A DNA stretch of 64,000 bases, taken from positions 31,043 to 95,042 of the forward strand of contig CAXXFK010000012.1 of assembly GCA_963663965.2 (NCBI GenBank). Reading direction: 5' to 3'. The notes under the pieces are model-generated. The model did not search any database, was not told the origin of the DNA, and saw only the letters and a list, made by a program, of their open reading frames with translations. This DNA comes from Sedimentisphaerales bacterium. GTDB taxonomy: Bacteria; Planctomycetota; Phycisphaerae; Sedimentisphaerales; SM23-30. The number at the start of each line of letters is the position of its first letter. The first letter of the stretch is position 1. A program made the translations under genes and the position numbers. This document shows positions 10,910 through 22,600 of this stretch, in pieces.

Positions 10910-12508
10910 ATGCACAAACAACGCGTTATCATCATCGGCATCGACGGTGGCACCTGGGATGTTTTTAATCCAATGATCGAACAAGGCCTCATGCCTGATC
11001 TCTTGTCATTAAAAACAACCGGCTGCTCTGGAATCCTGATGTCAACCGATCCCCCTTCAACCCCGCCCGGTTGGACCACCCTGATGACCGGTATGCTCCC
11101 CGGCAAGCATCGTGTCATTGGCTTTGATGAATACGACCATCTCACCGATACCATGCGCTATACCAATTCCAGCTCAATCGCGGTTGAAACCATGTGGAGT
11201 TACTTAAGTCGTCTGGGTTATCGCGTGGCGTCTCTAAATATGCCCCAGACCTACCCTCCTTTCCAGGTGAATGGAATAATGGTTTCTGGTTTCGGCTGTC
11301 CGGGTATGGATTGTCAGTTTAGTTGGCCCCCTGCTTTTAAACAGAAAATTCTTGATTCGATTCCAGACTATGACCTTACCCTCGGCTGGAATGGCGGCCA
11401 GGATATGATCGACCCTCAGGCCTTTTCCCGGGCAATCACTACTACGATAAAAAGACTCGATTACGAACGGCAACTTTTCGATCTCGCCTGTCAGGAATGC
11501 GATTGGGATATCCTGCTTTTTCAATTGCACCAGATCGACTCCTTTCTGCACCGCGGCTGGGGCTATACTATTCCGGGCGCGTTATCCGATCGCCCCCATC
11601 TGCAAAGCCAACTGCATAAAATGTTTCAAGCGTTCGATAAACTGATCGGTTATCTCGCCGCCTCCTGCCAGCCCAACGGCTCAGTAATGATCGTCAGCGA
11701 TCACGGCCACGGACCGGCCCCCAAAGCCCAGATCAAACCCAATGTCGCCCTCCGTCAGACCGGCTATCTCAAAACCCGGCGCAGCTTAAAAAGAATCGGC
11801 AACCGGATTATTAAAAATTGCCGGAAACTGACAGGGAAAACTACCCACTTCCAATCCGGCGAGACCAGGATTCGCGAAAAATTGATGATCGATGCTCGCC
11901 ATACCCGGGCATTCTGTATTAACGCCGTCGGTTATTGCTCGGTGGTCATCAATCTCAAAGGCAGACAAAAAGAGGGTATCGTAGAGCCGTCCGATTATCA
12001 TGAGACGATTAATAACCTAAAACACTTGTTTGAATCTATTGAAGATCCTGATTCCGGCAATAAAATTTTTCAACGCGCCGTCACGCCCGCCGAACTATAT
12101 GGGATCGACGCCCGCAATGACTGCCGTTTTGGCGATGTTATCTTCTTCCCATATCCCCAATACGGATTGAGCCGCTCAACCAAAGGCGATTCAATCCTGA
12201 AATATTCATCCAATCCCTATAAGGGTTGCCATCGCAAAGAAGGGATGTATGTCCTGAACGGCCCTTCTTTCAAATCCGGTCTGAACCTGAATGCCAGTAT
12301 TGCCGATATCGTTCCAACACTATACGGCATCATGCAGGTCGACCTTCCAGAAAATCTGGACGGCCGGATTCTTCACGAAGCGCTGAATTATAAACTGGAA
12401 ACCCAATACACCAACTCTGCTCCAGTCACAGATACCGGCACCAAACGGTTGAGCGAATCGGATGAAGCGCTGATCCACCAACGCCTGGTAAATATGGGAT
12501 ACCTCTAA
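10910..12508 (+). CDS. Alkaline phosphatase superfamily (type I phosphodiesterase-like) protein
   Basis: IGIDG, PPSTPPGW, SDHG, GCHR, DIVPT motifs; C-terminal RLVNMGYL. Confidence 0.85.
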   Translation: MHKQRVIIIGIDGGTWDVFNPMIEQGLMPDLLSLKTTGCSGILMSTDPPSTPPGWTTLMTGMLPGKHRVIGFDEYDHLTDTMRYTNSSSIAVETMWSYLSRLGYRVASLNMPQTYPPFQVNGIMVSGFGCPGMDCQFSWPPAFKQKILDSIPDYDLTLGWNGGQDMIDPQAFSRAITTTIKRLDYERQLFDLACQECDWDILLFQLHQIDSFLHRGWGYTIPGALSDRPHLQSQLHKMFQAFDKLIGYLAASCQPNGSVMIVSDHGHGPAPKAQIKPNVALRQTGYLKTRRSLKRIGNRIIKNCRKLTGKTTHFQSGETRIREKLMIDARHTRAFCINAVGYCSVVINLKGRQKEGIVEPSDYHETINNLKHLFESIEDPDSGNKIFQRAVTPAELYGIDARNDCRFGDVIFFPYPQYGLSRSTKGDSILKYSSNPYKGCHRKEGMYVLNGPSFKSGLNLNASIADIVPTLYGIMQVDLPENLDGRILHEALNYKLETQYTNSAPVTDTGTKRLSESDEALIHQRLVNMGYL

Positions 12509-12513
12509 TCCAG

Positions 12514-13836
12514 ATGAAATCTAATCACTCAAAATTAATGGTATTGAGCCTCGATGGGGTACCTTTCGATTTTTTGCTCGAACAAACCCGCTCAGGCATG
12601 ATGCCCAACCTGGCAGAACTCATAAAAAGTTGCCCATCCCAAAAAATGCGTTCGGCACACCCAACCGTCTCTTCCGTCGCCTGGTCAAATTATATGACCG
12701 GACGAAACCCCGGCAAACATGGCATCTTCGGTTTTGTCGAACGGCGCCCGGAAAGTTACGAGATCTATTTTCCTAATTCTTCCAATATGTCCGGCCCTCA
12801 TATTTGGGAAATCCTCAGTCATGCAAAAAAACGTGTGATCGGATTAAACATTCCCGTCACATACCCACCTCGACCCATCAATGGGATTCTCGTTGGCGGA
12901 TTCCTGGCGCCTGGACTGGAAAAAGCGGTCTATCCGCTGGAATGTCTTGAATTCCTGCGCCAGATGAATTACCGGATTGATATCGATACCCAATTGGCAC
13001 GTCAGGATAAAACCGCCATGCTGCGCGATCTCCATACCGTTCTGGATAGTCGCATAAAAACCACCCTCGCATTACTGCGTAACGAAGAGTGGGATTTCTT
13101 CCATGTCCATATCATGGGAACCGACCGGATCAACCATTTTTTCTGGCACGATAAAGACAATCCTGACTCACCTTATCACCCGTCATTTTACGAATTCTAT
13201 CGTGAATTGGACCTGCAACTCGCTCAAATTCTCGATGAACTCCCTCAGGATACCGCTCTCATGTTATTGAGCGACCATGGTTTTTGCCCGATTCGTTACG
13301 AAGTGATGCTGTCACGTTTTCTGGTAGAAACCGGCTGGACGACACCAGGGACGCCAGTCGTCCAGCCATTATCGATTATCCCCGAACAATCACGGGCGTA
13401 TTGCCTGATTCCCGGACGCATCTATCTCAATGTTCAGGGACGTGAACCCCATGGGATCGTTGCCCCTTCAGATTATGACAGCACGCTCGAACAACTCTCC
13501 AAAGACCTGACGGCATTAACCGATCCAGATACCGGCCAACCTGTTATTGACCGAATCTACCGCGGAGAAGAACTATTCAGCCGGGCACATCTGGATGTTC
13601 CTCAACCACCCGATCTCCTGGTCTGTCCTCATAATGGTTACGACCTCAAAATGGGACTGACCGCGCCCCAGACCTTTGTACGCACTGAATTGCAGGGGAT
13701 GCACACCTATGATGATGCGTTCTTAATGACTCGCGGATTCAATCCCGAATCGGATAATCTCGAAATCAAAAACCTCGCTAAACTGATTTTAAAATTTTTC
13801 AACATCACCCCACCTCAACAACTCGATGAACGATGA
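12514..13836 (+). CDS. Alkaline phosphatase superfamily (type I phosphodiesterase-like) protein
   Basis: SLDG, PTVSSVAW, NPGKHGIFGF, DRINH, SDHGF, GMH motifs. Confidence 0.85.
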   Translation: MKSNHSKLMVLSLDGVPFDFLLEQTRSGMMPNLAELIKSCPSQKMRSAHPTVSSVAWSNYMTGRNPGKHGIFGFVERRPESYEIYFPNSSNMSGPHIWEILSHAKKRVIGLNIPVTYPPRPINGILVGGFLAPGLEKAVYPLECLEFLRQMNYRIDIDTQLARQDKTAMLRDLHTVLDSRIKTTLALLRNEEWDFFHVHIMGTDRINHFFWHDKDNPDSPYHPSFYEFYRELDLQLAQILDELPQDTALMLLSDHGFCPIRYEVMLSRFLVETGWTTPGTPVVQPLSIIPEQSRAYCLIPGRIYLNVQGREPHGIVAPSDYDSTLEQLSKDLTALTDPDTGQPVIDRIYRGEELFSRAHLDVPQPPDLLVCPHNGYDLKMGLTAPQTFVRTELQGMHTYDDAFLMTRGFNPESDNLEIKNLAKLILKFFNITPPQQLDER

Positions 13837-14636
13837 CAATGCAACGATTAGACGAACTCGAAAACCAGAGTATTTATATCATTCGCGAAGCCTGGTTCCA
13901 TTTTAACAAACCAGCGCTTTTATGGTCCATTGGCAAAGATTCAACCACGCTGTTATGGCTCTGTCGTAAAGCGTTTCTGGGCAAAATCCCCTTCCCGGTA
14001 CTCCATATCGACACCGGCTACAAATTCGACAAAATGTATGCTTTCCGCGACACCTATGCGAAACAATGGGATCTGGACCTGATCGTGGCTCGCAATGAAT
14101 CAGCTATGGCCGCCGGTATGGCCCCCACCCAAAAACTCCAATGCTGTTCCGCTCTCAAAACCGAAGGCCTTAAACAAGCGGTACGGGAGCAGAACTTTGA
14201 AGCCTTATTGCTGGGTATTCGGCGTGATGAACACGGCGTTCGGGCCAAAGAACGTTATTTCTCGCCGCGAAACGATAATTTTGAATGGAACTATATGGAC
14301 CAGCCCCCCGAATTGTGGGATCAATACCGGCAATCGCTGGGAAGTGAAGACCATATCCGTGTCCACCCCCTGCTGCACTGGCGCGAACTGGATATCTGGC
14401 GTTATATCAAGCGCGAACAAATCCCAATTACGGACCTCTATTTTAGTCATCAGGGACAGCGCTACCGCAGTATTGGATGCGTGCCTGTTGCCAACCGGTC
14501 ACCATCGCAAGCCCGGACAGTGGATGAAATCATCGCCGAACTGGAGCAAACCCGGGTTGCCGAACGATCCGGCCGGGCTCAGGATAAAGAAAACGCTTAC
14601 ACCATGCAAAAATTACGCGCGCTGGGTTATATGTAA
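13833..14636 (+). CDS. cysD: Sulfate adenylyltransferase subunit 2
   Basis: SIGKDS PP-loop, HIDTG, RAKERYFS, HPLLHWRE, YRSIGC. Confidence 0.92.
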   Translation: MTMQRLDELENQSIYIIREAWFHFNKPALLWSIGKDSTTLLWLCRKAFLGKIPFPVLHIDTGYKFDKMYAFRDTYAKQWDLDLIVARNESAMAAGMAPTQKLQCCSALKTEGLKQAVREQNFEALLLGIRRDEHGVRAKERYFSPRNDNFEWNYMDQPPELWDQYRQSLGSEDHIRVHPLLHWRELDIWRYIKREQIPITDLYFSHQGQRYRSIGCVPVANRSPSQARTVDEIIAELEQTRVAERSGRAQDKENAYTMQKLRALGYM

Positions 14637-14663
14637 TCCGACACGCCGGCAGAGGATATTCAT

Positions 14664-15918
14664 ATGAGACAAGAAACGTACCCGACTCGTTATCACCGGA
14701 CATGTCGACCATGGCAAAAGCACACTCATCGGACGCATCCTTTTCGATACCAATTCCCTCACCCTTGACAAAAAACAGGAGATAGAATCGCTTTGCAGCA
14801 CACCCGATAACGACACCCCGGAATTTGCCGCGGTCATGGACAGCCTCAGTGAAGAACGCGAACAGAAAATCACGGTGGATAGTTCTCATATCGATTTCAG
14901 TTATCAGGGACATGAATTCTCTATTATCGATGCGCCCGGCCATAAACAGTTCATCAAAAATATGATCACCGGCGCTTCACAGGCAAATGCCGCTGTTTTA
15001 CTGGTCGATGCCCGGGAAGGGATCCAGGAACAGACCTATCGCCACCTTTACCTGCTCAACATTCTGGGAATTGATCGTATTATCGCTGCCGTCAACAAAA
15101 TGGACCAGGTCAATTATGATTCGGCCGTTTATGATCGCATCAAACACCAGCTGCTGGAAATTGCCAAAAAGCTCGATTTCGAATTCGTTGCGATTATTCC
15201 GATTTCAGCGTTAAAAGGCGATCTGCTTGTCAATCCCAGTCCCAAAATGCCCTGGTATCGAGGGACTCCCTTAATCGATCAACTGGTTGCTATCGATATC
15301 CAAACCAGGCCGCTCGGTGAGTTCCGGCTGCCAGTTCAGGGGCTTTTCAAACTGGATGATACCGAGTATATATTAGGAACGGTTGCTTCTGGTGAAATCG
15401 CTCCGGACACTTCTGTCGCGATTTATCCAGGCAAACAATCGGCTCGAATTAAATCGATTCAACAATGGCATCGCCAACTCTCACAGGCAACTCCGGGAAT
15501 GGCGGTCGCATTGAATATTGAATTGGCCGATCCCGATGCGTCTCTGCCACAACGCGGGAATATTATCGGTCCTATTGACAATTCCCTGCTTTTAACCAAT
15601 GTCTTTGATGCCACTCTATTCATCATGGACAATACCTTTATTAACGTGGATGAACCGCTCGAACTCTGCTGCTCCACCCAGAAAGTAAACTGCCGAATCG
15701 TTCGAATTACCCGTAAACAAAACGCCGCTAACCTGGAAATTATCGAAAACCCTGGCACTCAACTGGCTGATGCTGATATTGCCGGCGTCGAAATCGCCAC
15801 AGATCAAAATATCTGTATCGAAGACTTTCAGGATATCCCCACCATGGGCCGTTTTACCCTGCTAAAGAGCGACCATACCATAGCCGGCGGAGTCATCAAT
15901 AAAACGAGCGGACTGTAA
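14664..15918 (+). CDS. cysN: Sulfate adenylyltransferase subunit 1 GTPase (no CysC domain); apparent +1 frameshift right after the ATG
   Basis: GHVDHGKST (from 14698) is in frame with ORF 14836 (DAPGH, NKMD, SAL, GRFTL). The RBS-linked ATG at 14664 is one base out of that frame. Confidence 0.85.
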
Positions 15919-16003
15919 ATAACCAATATGTTTCATAACCTTCTTTAAAATAACAAGTTATCTAATCAAATGGATACTTGCATGGAAATGATCCTGTTTT
16001 CTA

Positions 16004-16032
16004 TTGACCACAAAACTTGCGCCATCTAAGAT
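16004..16032 (+). promoter_or_regulatory. Putative sigma70 promoter of nadB
   Basis: TTGACC-17bp-TAAGAT. Confidence 0.5.
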
Positions 16033-16066
16033 TAATCATTTCTAACCATATATTAAGTAGCACTTT

Positions 16067-17683
16067 ATGGAAGATAAACCCATACCTCCCCGCCGTTATC
16101 TGCCCCGCATCGACAGCGACTTAATGGGCCAGCTATACACCGATACCGTCATTATTGGCGGTGGTATTGCCGGTTTGCGCGCGGCGATTGCCGCAGCAGA
16201 AACAGGCCGGGTCATTATCCTGGTCAAAGATAAAGTAAATCGCAGCAACACCTGGCTGGCCCAGGGCGGCATCGCTGCGGTCATTGAAGAAACCGACACG
16301 TTTGAGAGTCACATCGAAGACACCCTGCGGACCGGATGCGGTTTATCTGATCCCGACGTTGTGAATGAAGTCGTCCGGGCAGCGCCTGACCATATCCGTC
16401 AACTTCAGAACTGGACCGCCCCGTTCGATACCCTCAATGGCCGGCTCGCCACCGGACGAGAAGGCGGTCACAGCCAGTCTCGCATAATCCATGCCTATGG
16501 TGATGCCACCGGCCGCGCTCTGGCAGAATGCTTATTGAATCAGGTCCTCAACCACAAAAATATCAAAATATTCGAAGATTGTTTCTGCATAGATTTACTC
16601 ACCGCGGAAAAGGATTGTGTAGGCGTCTGCTGCTGGCATCCCAAACACCGCATGCAATGCATCTGGTCGCGCCAGACGATTCTGGCCAGTGGAGGCGCCG
16701 GTCAACTATGGCGCGAAAGCACCAATCCCTCCGGAGCCACTGCCGATGGACTGGCCATGGCCTGGCGCGCCGGGGCGACTCTCGCCAACCTGGAATTCAT
16801 GCAGTTCCACCCCACCACACTCTACATCGCCGGGGCCGACCGCTCCCTGATCACCGAAGCGCTCCGCGGTGAAGGTGCACGCCTGGTAGATACCCACGGC
16901 CATCGTTTTATGTCCGATTTTCACGAGCAGGGCGAACTGGCCCCTCGCGATGTCGTCAGCCGGGCTATCTATCACCAGATGCATCATACTGAAAGCACCC
17001 ATGTCTACTTGGATGTTCGCCATCTCGGCAGCAAACTCATGCAGGAACGCTTCCCCACAATCAGCGCCTTGTGTCAATCATTCGATATCGATGTTGACCA
17101 CGATCTGATTCCCGTTCGGCCCAGCGCCCATTATATGATCGGCGGCGTCAAGGTCGACCGGCTTGGCCAGACCAGTATTCCTAATTTGTATTGTTGCGGC
17201 GAAGCGGCCTCCACCGGTCTTCACGGCGCCAATCGTCTGGCCAGCAACTCCTTGCTGGAAGGGCTGGTCTATGGCAAAATTGTCGGCCAGCAGGTTGCCC
17301 GGATTCTGCAATCGAATCCCGGCCGCGCCGAACGCTATTCGATTGTGTTTGAAGTCCCCGAATCACCCCGTACCCGGTTGGATATCGTCGATGTCTACAA
17401 CTCATTGCGCGCCGTGATGTGGCGCAACGTCGGATTGGTCCGTATCGGCGAACGCCTGGATGAAACCCTCGAAATCATCGATTTCTGGCGACGCTATGTC
17501 ATGGACAAAGTCTTCGACGAACCCGCCAGCTGGCAATGTCAGAACATGCTGACCATCTCACGCCTGATCACTTCAGCGGCCTTGACGCGCCGGGAAAGCC
17601 GGGGCGTCCATTTCCGCAAAGACTTCCCGGATAACGATGATGCCAGATTCAAATACTCGATCGAAATGCAACTGCCGCAATAA
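16067..17683 (+). CDS. nadB: L-aspartate oxidase
   Basis: GGGIAG, AQGGIAA, REGGHS, QFHPT, ELAPRDVV, HGANRLASNSLLEG, ESRGVH. Confidence 0.95.
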   Translation: MEDKPIPPRRYLPRIDSDLMGQLYTDTVIIGGGIAGLRAAIAAAETGRVIILVKDKVNRSNTWLAQGGIAAVIEETDTFESHIEDTLRTGCGLSDPDVVNEVVRAAPDHIRQLQNWTAPFDTLNGRLATGREGGHSQSRIIHAYGDATGRALAECLLNQVLNHKNIKIFEDCFCIDLLTAEKDCVGVCCWHPKHRMQCIWSRQTILASGGAGQLWRESTNPSGATADGLAMAWRAGATLANLEFMQFHPTTLYIAGADRSLITEALRGEGARLVDTHGHRFMSDFHEQGELAPRDVVSRAIYHQMHHTESTHVYLDVRHLGSKLMQERFPTISALCQSFDIDVDHDLIPVRPSAHYMIGGVKVDRLGQTSIPNLYCCGEAASTGLHGANRLASNSLLEGLVYGKIVGQQVARILQSNPGRAERYSIVFEVPESPRTRLDIVDVYNSLRAVMWRNVGLVRIGERLDETLEIIDFWRRYVMDKVFDEPASWQCQNMLTISRLITSAALTRRESRGVHFRKDFPDNDDARFKYSIEMQLPQ

Positions 17684-17686
17684 AAC

Positions 17687-18232
17687 TCATTTATCCAGAT
17701 ACCAGTTAAAATCACGCGGTGAGTCCCTCCAGCTTTTCTTCTCGTGCAATGCCCGCCAGGTTGATACAAACTCACGGCCGGCCTGATTGACCTGTTCCAA
17801 AGCATCTCGAAATGCCACAGGAAAACCCTGCCGGCCATCGGCCATCCGCTGATAACTGCCTAGCAATACCCGATACTTCTTTCGAATGCTCATCGAATAG
17901 GAATAAAGTTTGTTCAGCTCCTGGACCTGGCTGCGTGACAGGTTAAAGTTTGAACTCGCCCGGCTGCTGAAATAAGCGACTTGAGTCTGATCAATATTAT
18001 GCAATGCCGTTAAATACTCCTCTTCAGGCTGCCCCGCCACTGGTAATGCCAGCATATAATTAATACGGTTGACTAAGGGCTCCCAGAGCAGGAGTTGCTG
18101 TTGATACGCCTGATACTGGGCACGATTTATCGGCCCTTCCGACATCTCCTTCTCCGCGGTCGTTTTACATCCTGATATGACGATAACCAGAATAATTAAT
18201 CCCGTCAGCAGACCATATTTTCGCGTCATCAT
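17687..18232 (-). CDS. Hypothetical lipoprotein
   Basis: Start moved to ATG 18232 (AGGA RBS); lipobox IISGC after a hydrophobic stretch. Confidence 0.65.
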   Translation of the reverse strand: MMTRKYGLLTGLIILVIVISGCKTTAEKEMSEGPINRAQYQAYQQQLLLWEPLVNRINYMLALPVAGQPEEEYLTALHNIDQTQVAYFSSRASSNFNLSRSQVQELNKLYSYSMSIRKKYRVLLGSYQRMADGRQGFPVAFRDALEQVNQAGREFVSTWRALHEKKSWRDSPRDFNWYLDK

Positions 18233-18589
18233 AACTTGATTCCTGATCGTTAATGTCATCATAATCGATACCAGTATTATAGTTTGACATATTTTATCGG
18301 TCCTGACAAGAATCGATTCCCTTACCCCTGCCCTGATATAGGACGAACCGGCTGGACACACCAAACTTTTTATTCGCTAATCCCCTTACCTTCATCCAGT
18401 TACGAAAATGCTGAGATAATATTTACAAATCACTTATCACCGGTTTTTATCTGCCCGAATACAGGTAACATGAGATCAAAATGGAAATTTAATAAAGACC
18501 GATAATAGACTCATCATTTAAATTTAAGTGTTACGCTCTCATAAAACTTTCTGCGAAAAAACGCATACACACACCCCCCTCATAGACGT

Positions 18590-18636
18590 AATCCGATCTT
18601 GCCGGAGTGTATCGGTGAGATCGGGTTCGTTTTTTG
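18590..18636 (+). terminator. Intrinsic terminator-like hairpin
   Basis: CCGATCTTGCCGG...TCGGTGAGATCGG stem then a T-run. Confidence 0.6.
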
Positions 18637-18691
18637 GGTCATCTCACCAGATTCGATCAATTCCACCTAGGCGATCCCCTCTTCCATTGCA

Positions 18692-19288
18692 TCACGGCCC
18701 GATCAGATAGCCGTTATCTACCGCTTTTTGGATCAAATCGACGGCAAACTGCCACAAGGCCGGCGCTCCTGCCGCCATATGCCGGTTTCTTTCACGAACC
18801 TGTTCCGCCCGGATCCCATGCTCTTGCCAGGCCCGGCCTTGAGTATGAAAATTATGCATCATTGGCATCAACCGGTCTACCGCCGCGGCAAAACGCGATT
18901 CCGGTGTCGAACGCGACTCAAACTCTTCCCAGAGCGCCCAGATCTCCCGACATTGATCTGATGGCAATAAGGCAAATATCCGCTCTGCCGCCTGTCGTTC
19001 TCGCTCCGCCTTGTCCTGATACCCTTTCTCATCATAACAGAACGTATCCCCGGCATCGATCTCGACAATATCATGAATCAATACCATCTTCAATACCTTG
19101 AAAATATCGATTGGCTCGGCGGCGTGTTCATGCAGAAACATAACCATAATCGCCAGCTGCCAGGCATGTTCCGCGTCATTTTCATGACGATCGGTCCCCG
19201 GAACATATGTCCGACGAAAAACATTCTTTAACTTATCCATTTCCAGAATAAAGTTGATCTGCTGTTGCAACCGTTCGAAAGCTGCCAT
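18692..19288 (-). CDS. HD-domain hydrolase (HD_3/HDDC2-like)
   Basis: LKNVFR, ENDAEH, IHDIVE, WEEFE, DRL motifs. Confidence 0.9.
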   Translation of the reverse strand: MAAFERLQQQINFILEMDKLKNVFRRTYVPGTDRHENDAEHAWQLAIMVMFLHEHAAEPIDIFKVLKMVLIHDIVEIDAGDTFCYDEKGYQDKAERERQAAERIFALLPSDQCREIWALWEEFESRSTPESRFAAAVDRLMPMMHNFHTQGRAWQEHGIRAEQVRERNRHMAAGAPALWQFAVDLIQKAVDNGYLIGP

Positions 19289-19652
19289 AAATTGCCCCCT
19301 GAATTAATGCCGGGAGTTAAATGGGTACCTGAATTACACGGATACCCAGTTTTATCACTGTGAAATAAGGCTGTCCAGACCAAAATGCGGATTATAACGA
19401 TTTTATCTGGGGTATCAAAAATCCGTGGCGATATCCGATTAGGATACTTTTATCCATAATAACAGTCGTATCGATTATAACAAATATGCCGATTCTCCTG
19501 ATGATCGTTGAACGGATGATCACTTGGAGGATAATTCAAAAAATTGCTCTGGAGGCGCCCTAAAGTATTAATGCGATTAATAGGATAATAGTATATGGAA
19601 TCAAGGGGTTGGGGAATGCCTGTCTGTCAACATGGAGTAAGACAAATATCCC

Positions 19653-22600
19653 ATGTCTAATCCGATAACAAATTATCGACTGTGTGCCGGACGAACAGGA
19701 CTGATCGTGACAGTCATTTCGCTCAGCTTCCTGACCGTTGCCATGATCGGGTGGAACTGGCTGATCAGGGGAATTTTTACCGGCATCGACCATAATAACG
19801 CTCAGCAGAATATGGTCCGCATCCAGAACCATATCCAGGATCGAATGAATGCTCTGGACCAGATCTGTGACCACTTGGCCAACTCAGCAACAAGGACACC
19901 CACACTTACGGATCAGAATATCGATCATATCCTGACCCATTTTAGAACGGAATCCTTTATCGATGGATGCTATGATTACGTGGCAAAACTGAATTCGGAC
20001 CTTACGATTGCCTGGAATCACATCCCTGCCAATCAATCGATCCCGGCAAACGAAACCCAATGGGCGGACTTGATCTACAGCCAGAACAATCTGACCGATT
20101 TAATCCAGCGACATCGAACCGGGTGCCATGGTATTTTCCCTCAAAATAATCATCTTTTCATTTTATCGTTCCGTCCCGTCATTAACGCCACAGAAGATTT
20201 GCCAGATCCGGAAATATTAATCGTTGGTCAGTTCCTTAATCCAAAAACCATCGCTCATTTATTGCCTGAACAAAGCAATATCGCGATTCTGACAGAAGAT
20301 CAGCTTGAAATGGAAACCGTCCGGCAACTGACGCCGGCAACGTCCACGGTGATCGATGACCTTCCGGATAACCGACTGTGTACCACCGCGCTATTAAATC
20401 AAGTCTCCGGGGATAAACAACTCTATTTGCAATTACAATCGCCGGCCACGATTACTTTACACTATTACCGGCCCTTACCAGGGATCCTCTGGACCTTCTG
20501 GTTTGCCTGGCTGTTATTAACCGCGTTGCTGGGATGGATTATACACCGGCGAATACTGGCTCCCATGCACGCTTTGGCAAAATGGTCTGGCCAGACTATC
20601 GATCCCAATGTCTCCGGCGATCTGATGCCGGTCCCCACTGAGCCGCTTGAAGTATTCCAAACCGCGCAAAATTTTGCCGGCCTGACAAAAAAATACCGGC
20701 AACTCGCGCGCAACTGGCAAATTGTTTCGGATAATGTCAATGTGGGTATTGTCCTGTTTGATCGCGATATGAAAGTCATCTGGGCCAGCGAACGCATCTG
20801 CCAGATTACTGAAAAAACCATTGACCTGTTGATCGGCGCTTCCTGCCATAATGCTTATGGGAAATGTCAATGGCTCTGCCCGGGCTGTGATATCGTCAAA
20901 AGCGAAGCCTTCCGGCAGGAAGGTTATCAATTGGAAAAGGAAATTCAAAGCGGTCAATATTACCGGATCGTTTACAGCCCGGCCCTCTCAGCCAAAGGGT
21001 ATTTGACTGGTTTTATTGCCTGTTTTTATGATATTTCAAAACAGGTGCTCCTGGAACGGGAACTCCGCGAAAGCGAAGAAAAATTCAGATCCCTGGTTGA
21101 AAATTCTCATGCGGCCGTCATTGTTGCCACCGATAAAATCGAATATTGCAATCACGCTTTCGCCTCAGCGATAGGTCATGACAGCAACGAACTCATCGGC
21201 TATTATAGCCTTGCGGATCTGGTTCATCCCGATATGCGCAGCTTTGTCGAACACATCCAGACTCATCAGTTGAAAAAACCTGGCGATACGGTCGATTGTG
21301 AAATTGAATGTCGCCATCGGGATGGTTCAAGTGTCTATTTCAATATTCACGGCACTCTGGTAATTCTCTACGATGAACCCTGTATGATTATCAGCGGTGT
21401 GGATATTACCCGTTTAAAACGTTCGCTCAAGGCCCTGTCCAGCCAAAACCTCCTGCAAGGTATCGTATTCGACATATCACGTCAGTTTTCCTTTATTACA
21501 CCGGATAATATCGACCATACCATCCAGAAAGCGCTGCAGAAACTCGGCGAACATTTCAAAGTCGACCGCGTCTATCTCTATCGTTATCTCGAACATAAAA
21601 ATATTCTGGTCAATTCTCATGAATGGACCGCCGGTGGGATTATCCCTATGAAACAGGCCAGCCCGGAATTTCTCTGCGAGAATATTCCCTGGTGGTTTAA
21701 CCAGATGAATATCGGGCATACGCTTTGCTTGAGTCGACCGGACGAAATCCCTCAGGCCGCCACCGGAGTACATAAACTCTTTGCTGAACAGGGAATTACC
21801 TCTCTGATGGCTATTCCTGTCCGTAGCGCTAATACACTGATGGGCGTTATTGGATTTGATTGTATTAAGCGCGAACACCTGTGGGAAACCCGGGAAGTTC
21901 GCACGCTCAATCTTATCTGCGACATGGTTTTTCGCGCCCTCGAAATGAATGAAAATGAAATGCGCGCCCGCGACCGGTTCCAGCAGCTCGAACAGGCCAA
22001 TCGCGAACTGAGCCTGTCAAATCGACAGATGGATCATGGTAAGCCAATCGTCACAATGACCCCGGATTATTTCGTTCGACTGGGACATGAAATTCAAGGC
22101 CCTCTGAATGCCATGGTCGGTTTCAGCAACTTATTGGCAGACCTGAACGACCAGCCTTCTGATGAATCGGAATATATCGATCAAATCCGGGCGAATGGCC
22201 GTAAATCCCTGGATCTGGTCAATGATCTGCTCGATCTGTCTCGTATCGAAATCGGCGACTCTCTGATTCGTAAAGATCATTTCTCGGTTCGTGAATGCAT
22301 CAGGGAGATCGAATTAACTATTCAACCCGAAATCCAGATGAAAGGGATCGCATTCATATCGGTGATCGATGAACACATTCCCGATCTGATCTATTCCGAT
22401 ATCAACCGCCTGCGCCAATGCCTGCTCAATTTACTGCGGTTTTCTCTGGCGGATATGAAAGTGGGGATCATCAGACTCAATATTCGTCCGGAACTCAACC
22501 GGCGCGTCCGTTTCGATATCGGTGACAACGGACCCGGAATCGCATTGGAACGGCAGAAAACACTGTTTGATCCCCAGCGATCTCAACCGGGTAGACATTA

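Noticed and set aside
17687..18364. Longest-ORF starts from the track (also 26136, 29773, 35437, 38781, 41616, 52556, 58353)
   Set aside because: Downstream ATGs fit better on RBS, signal peptide placement, gene overlap or domain start
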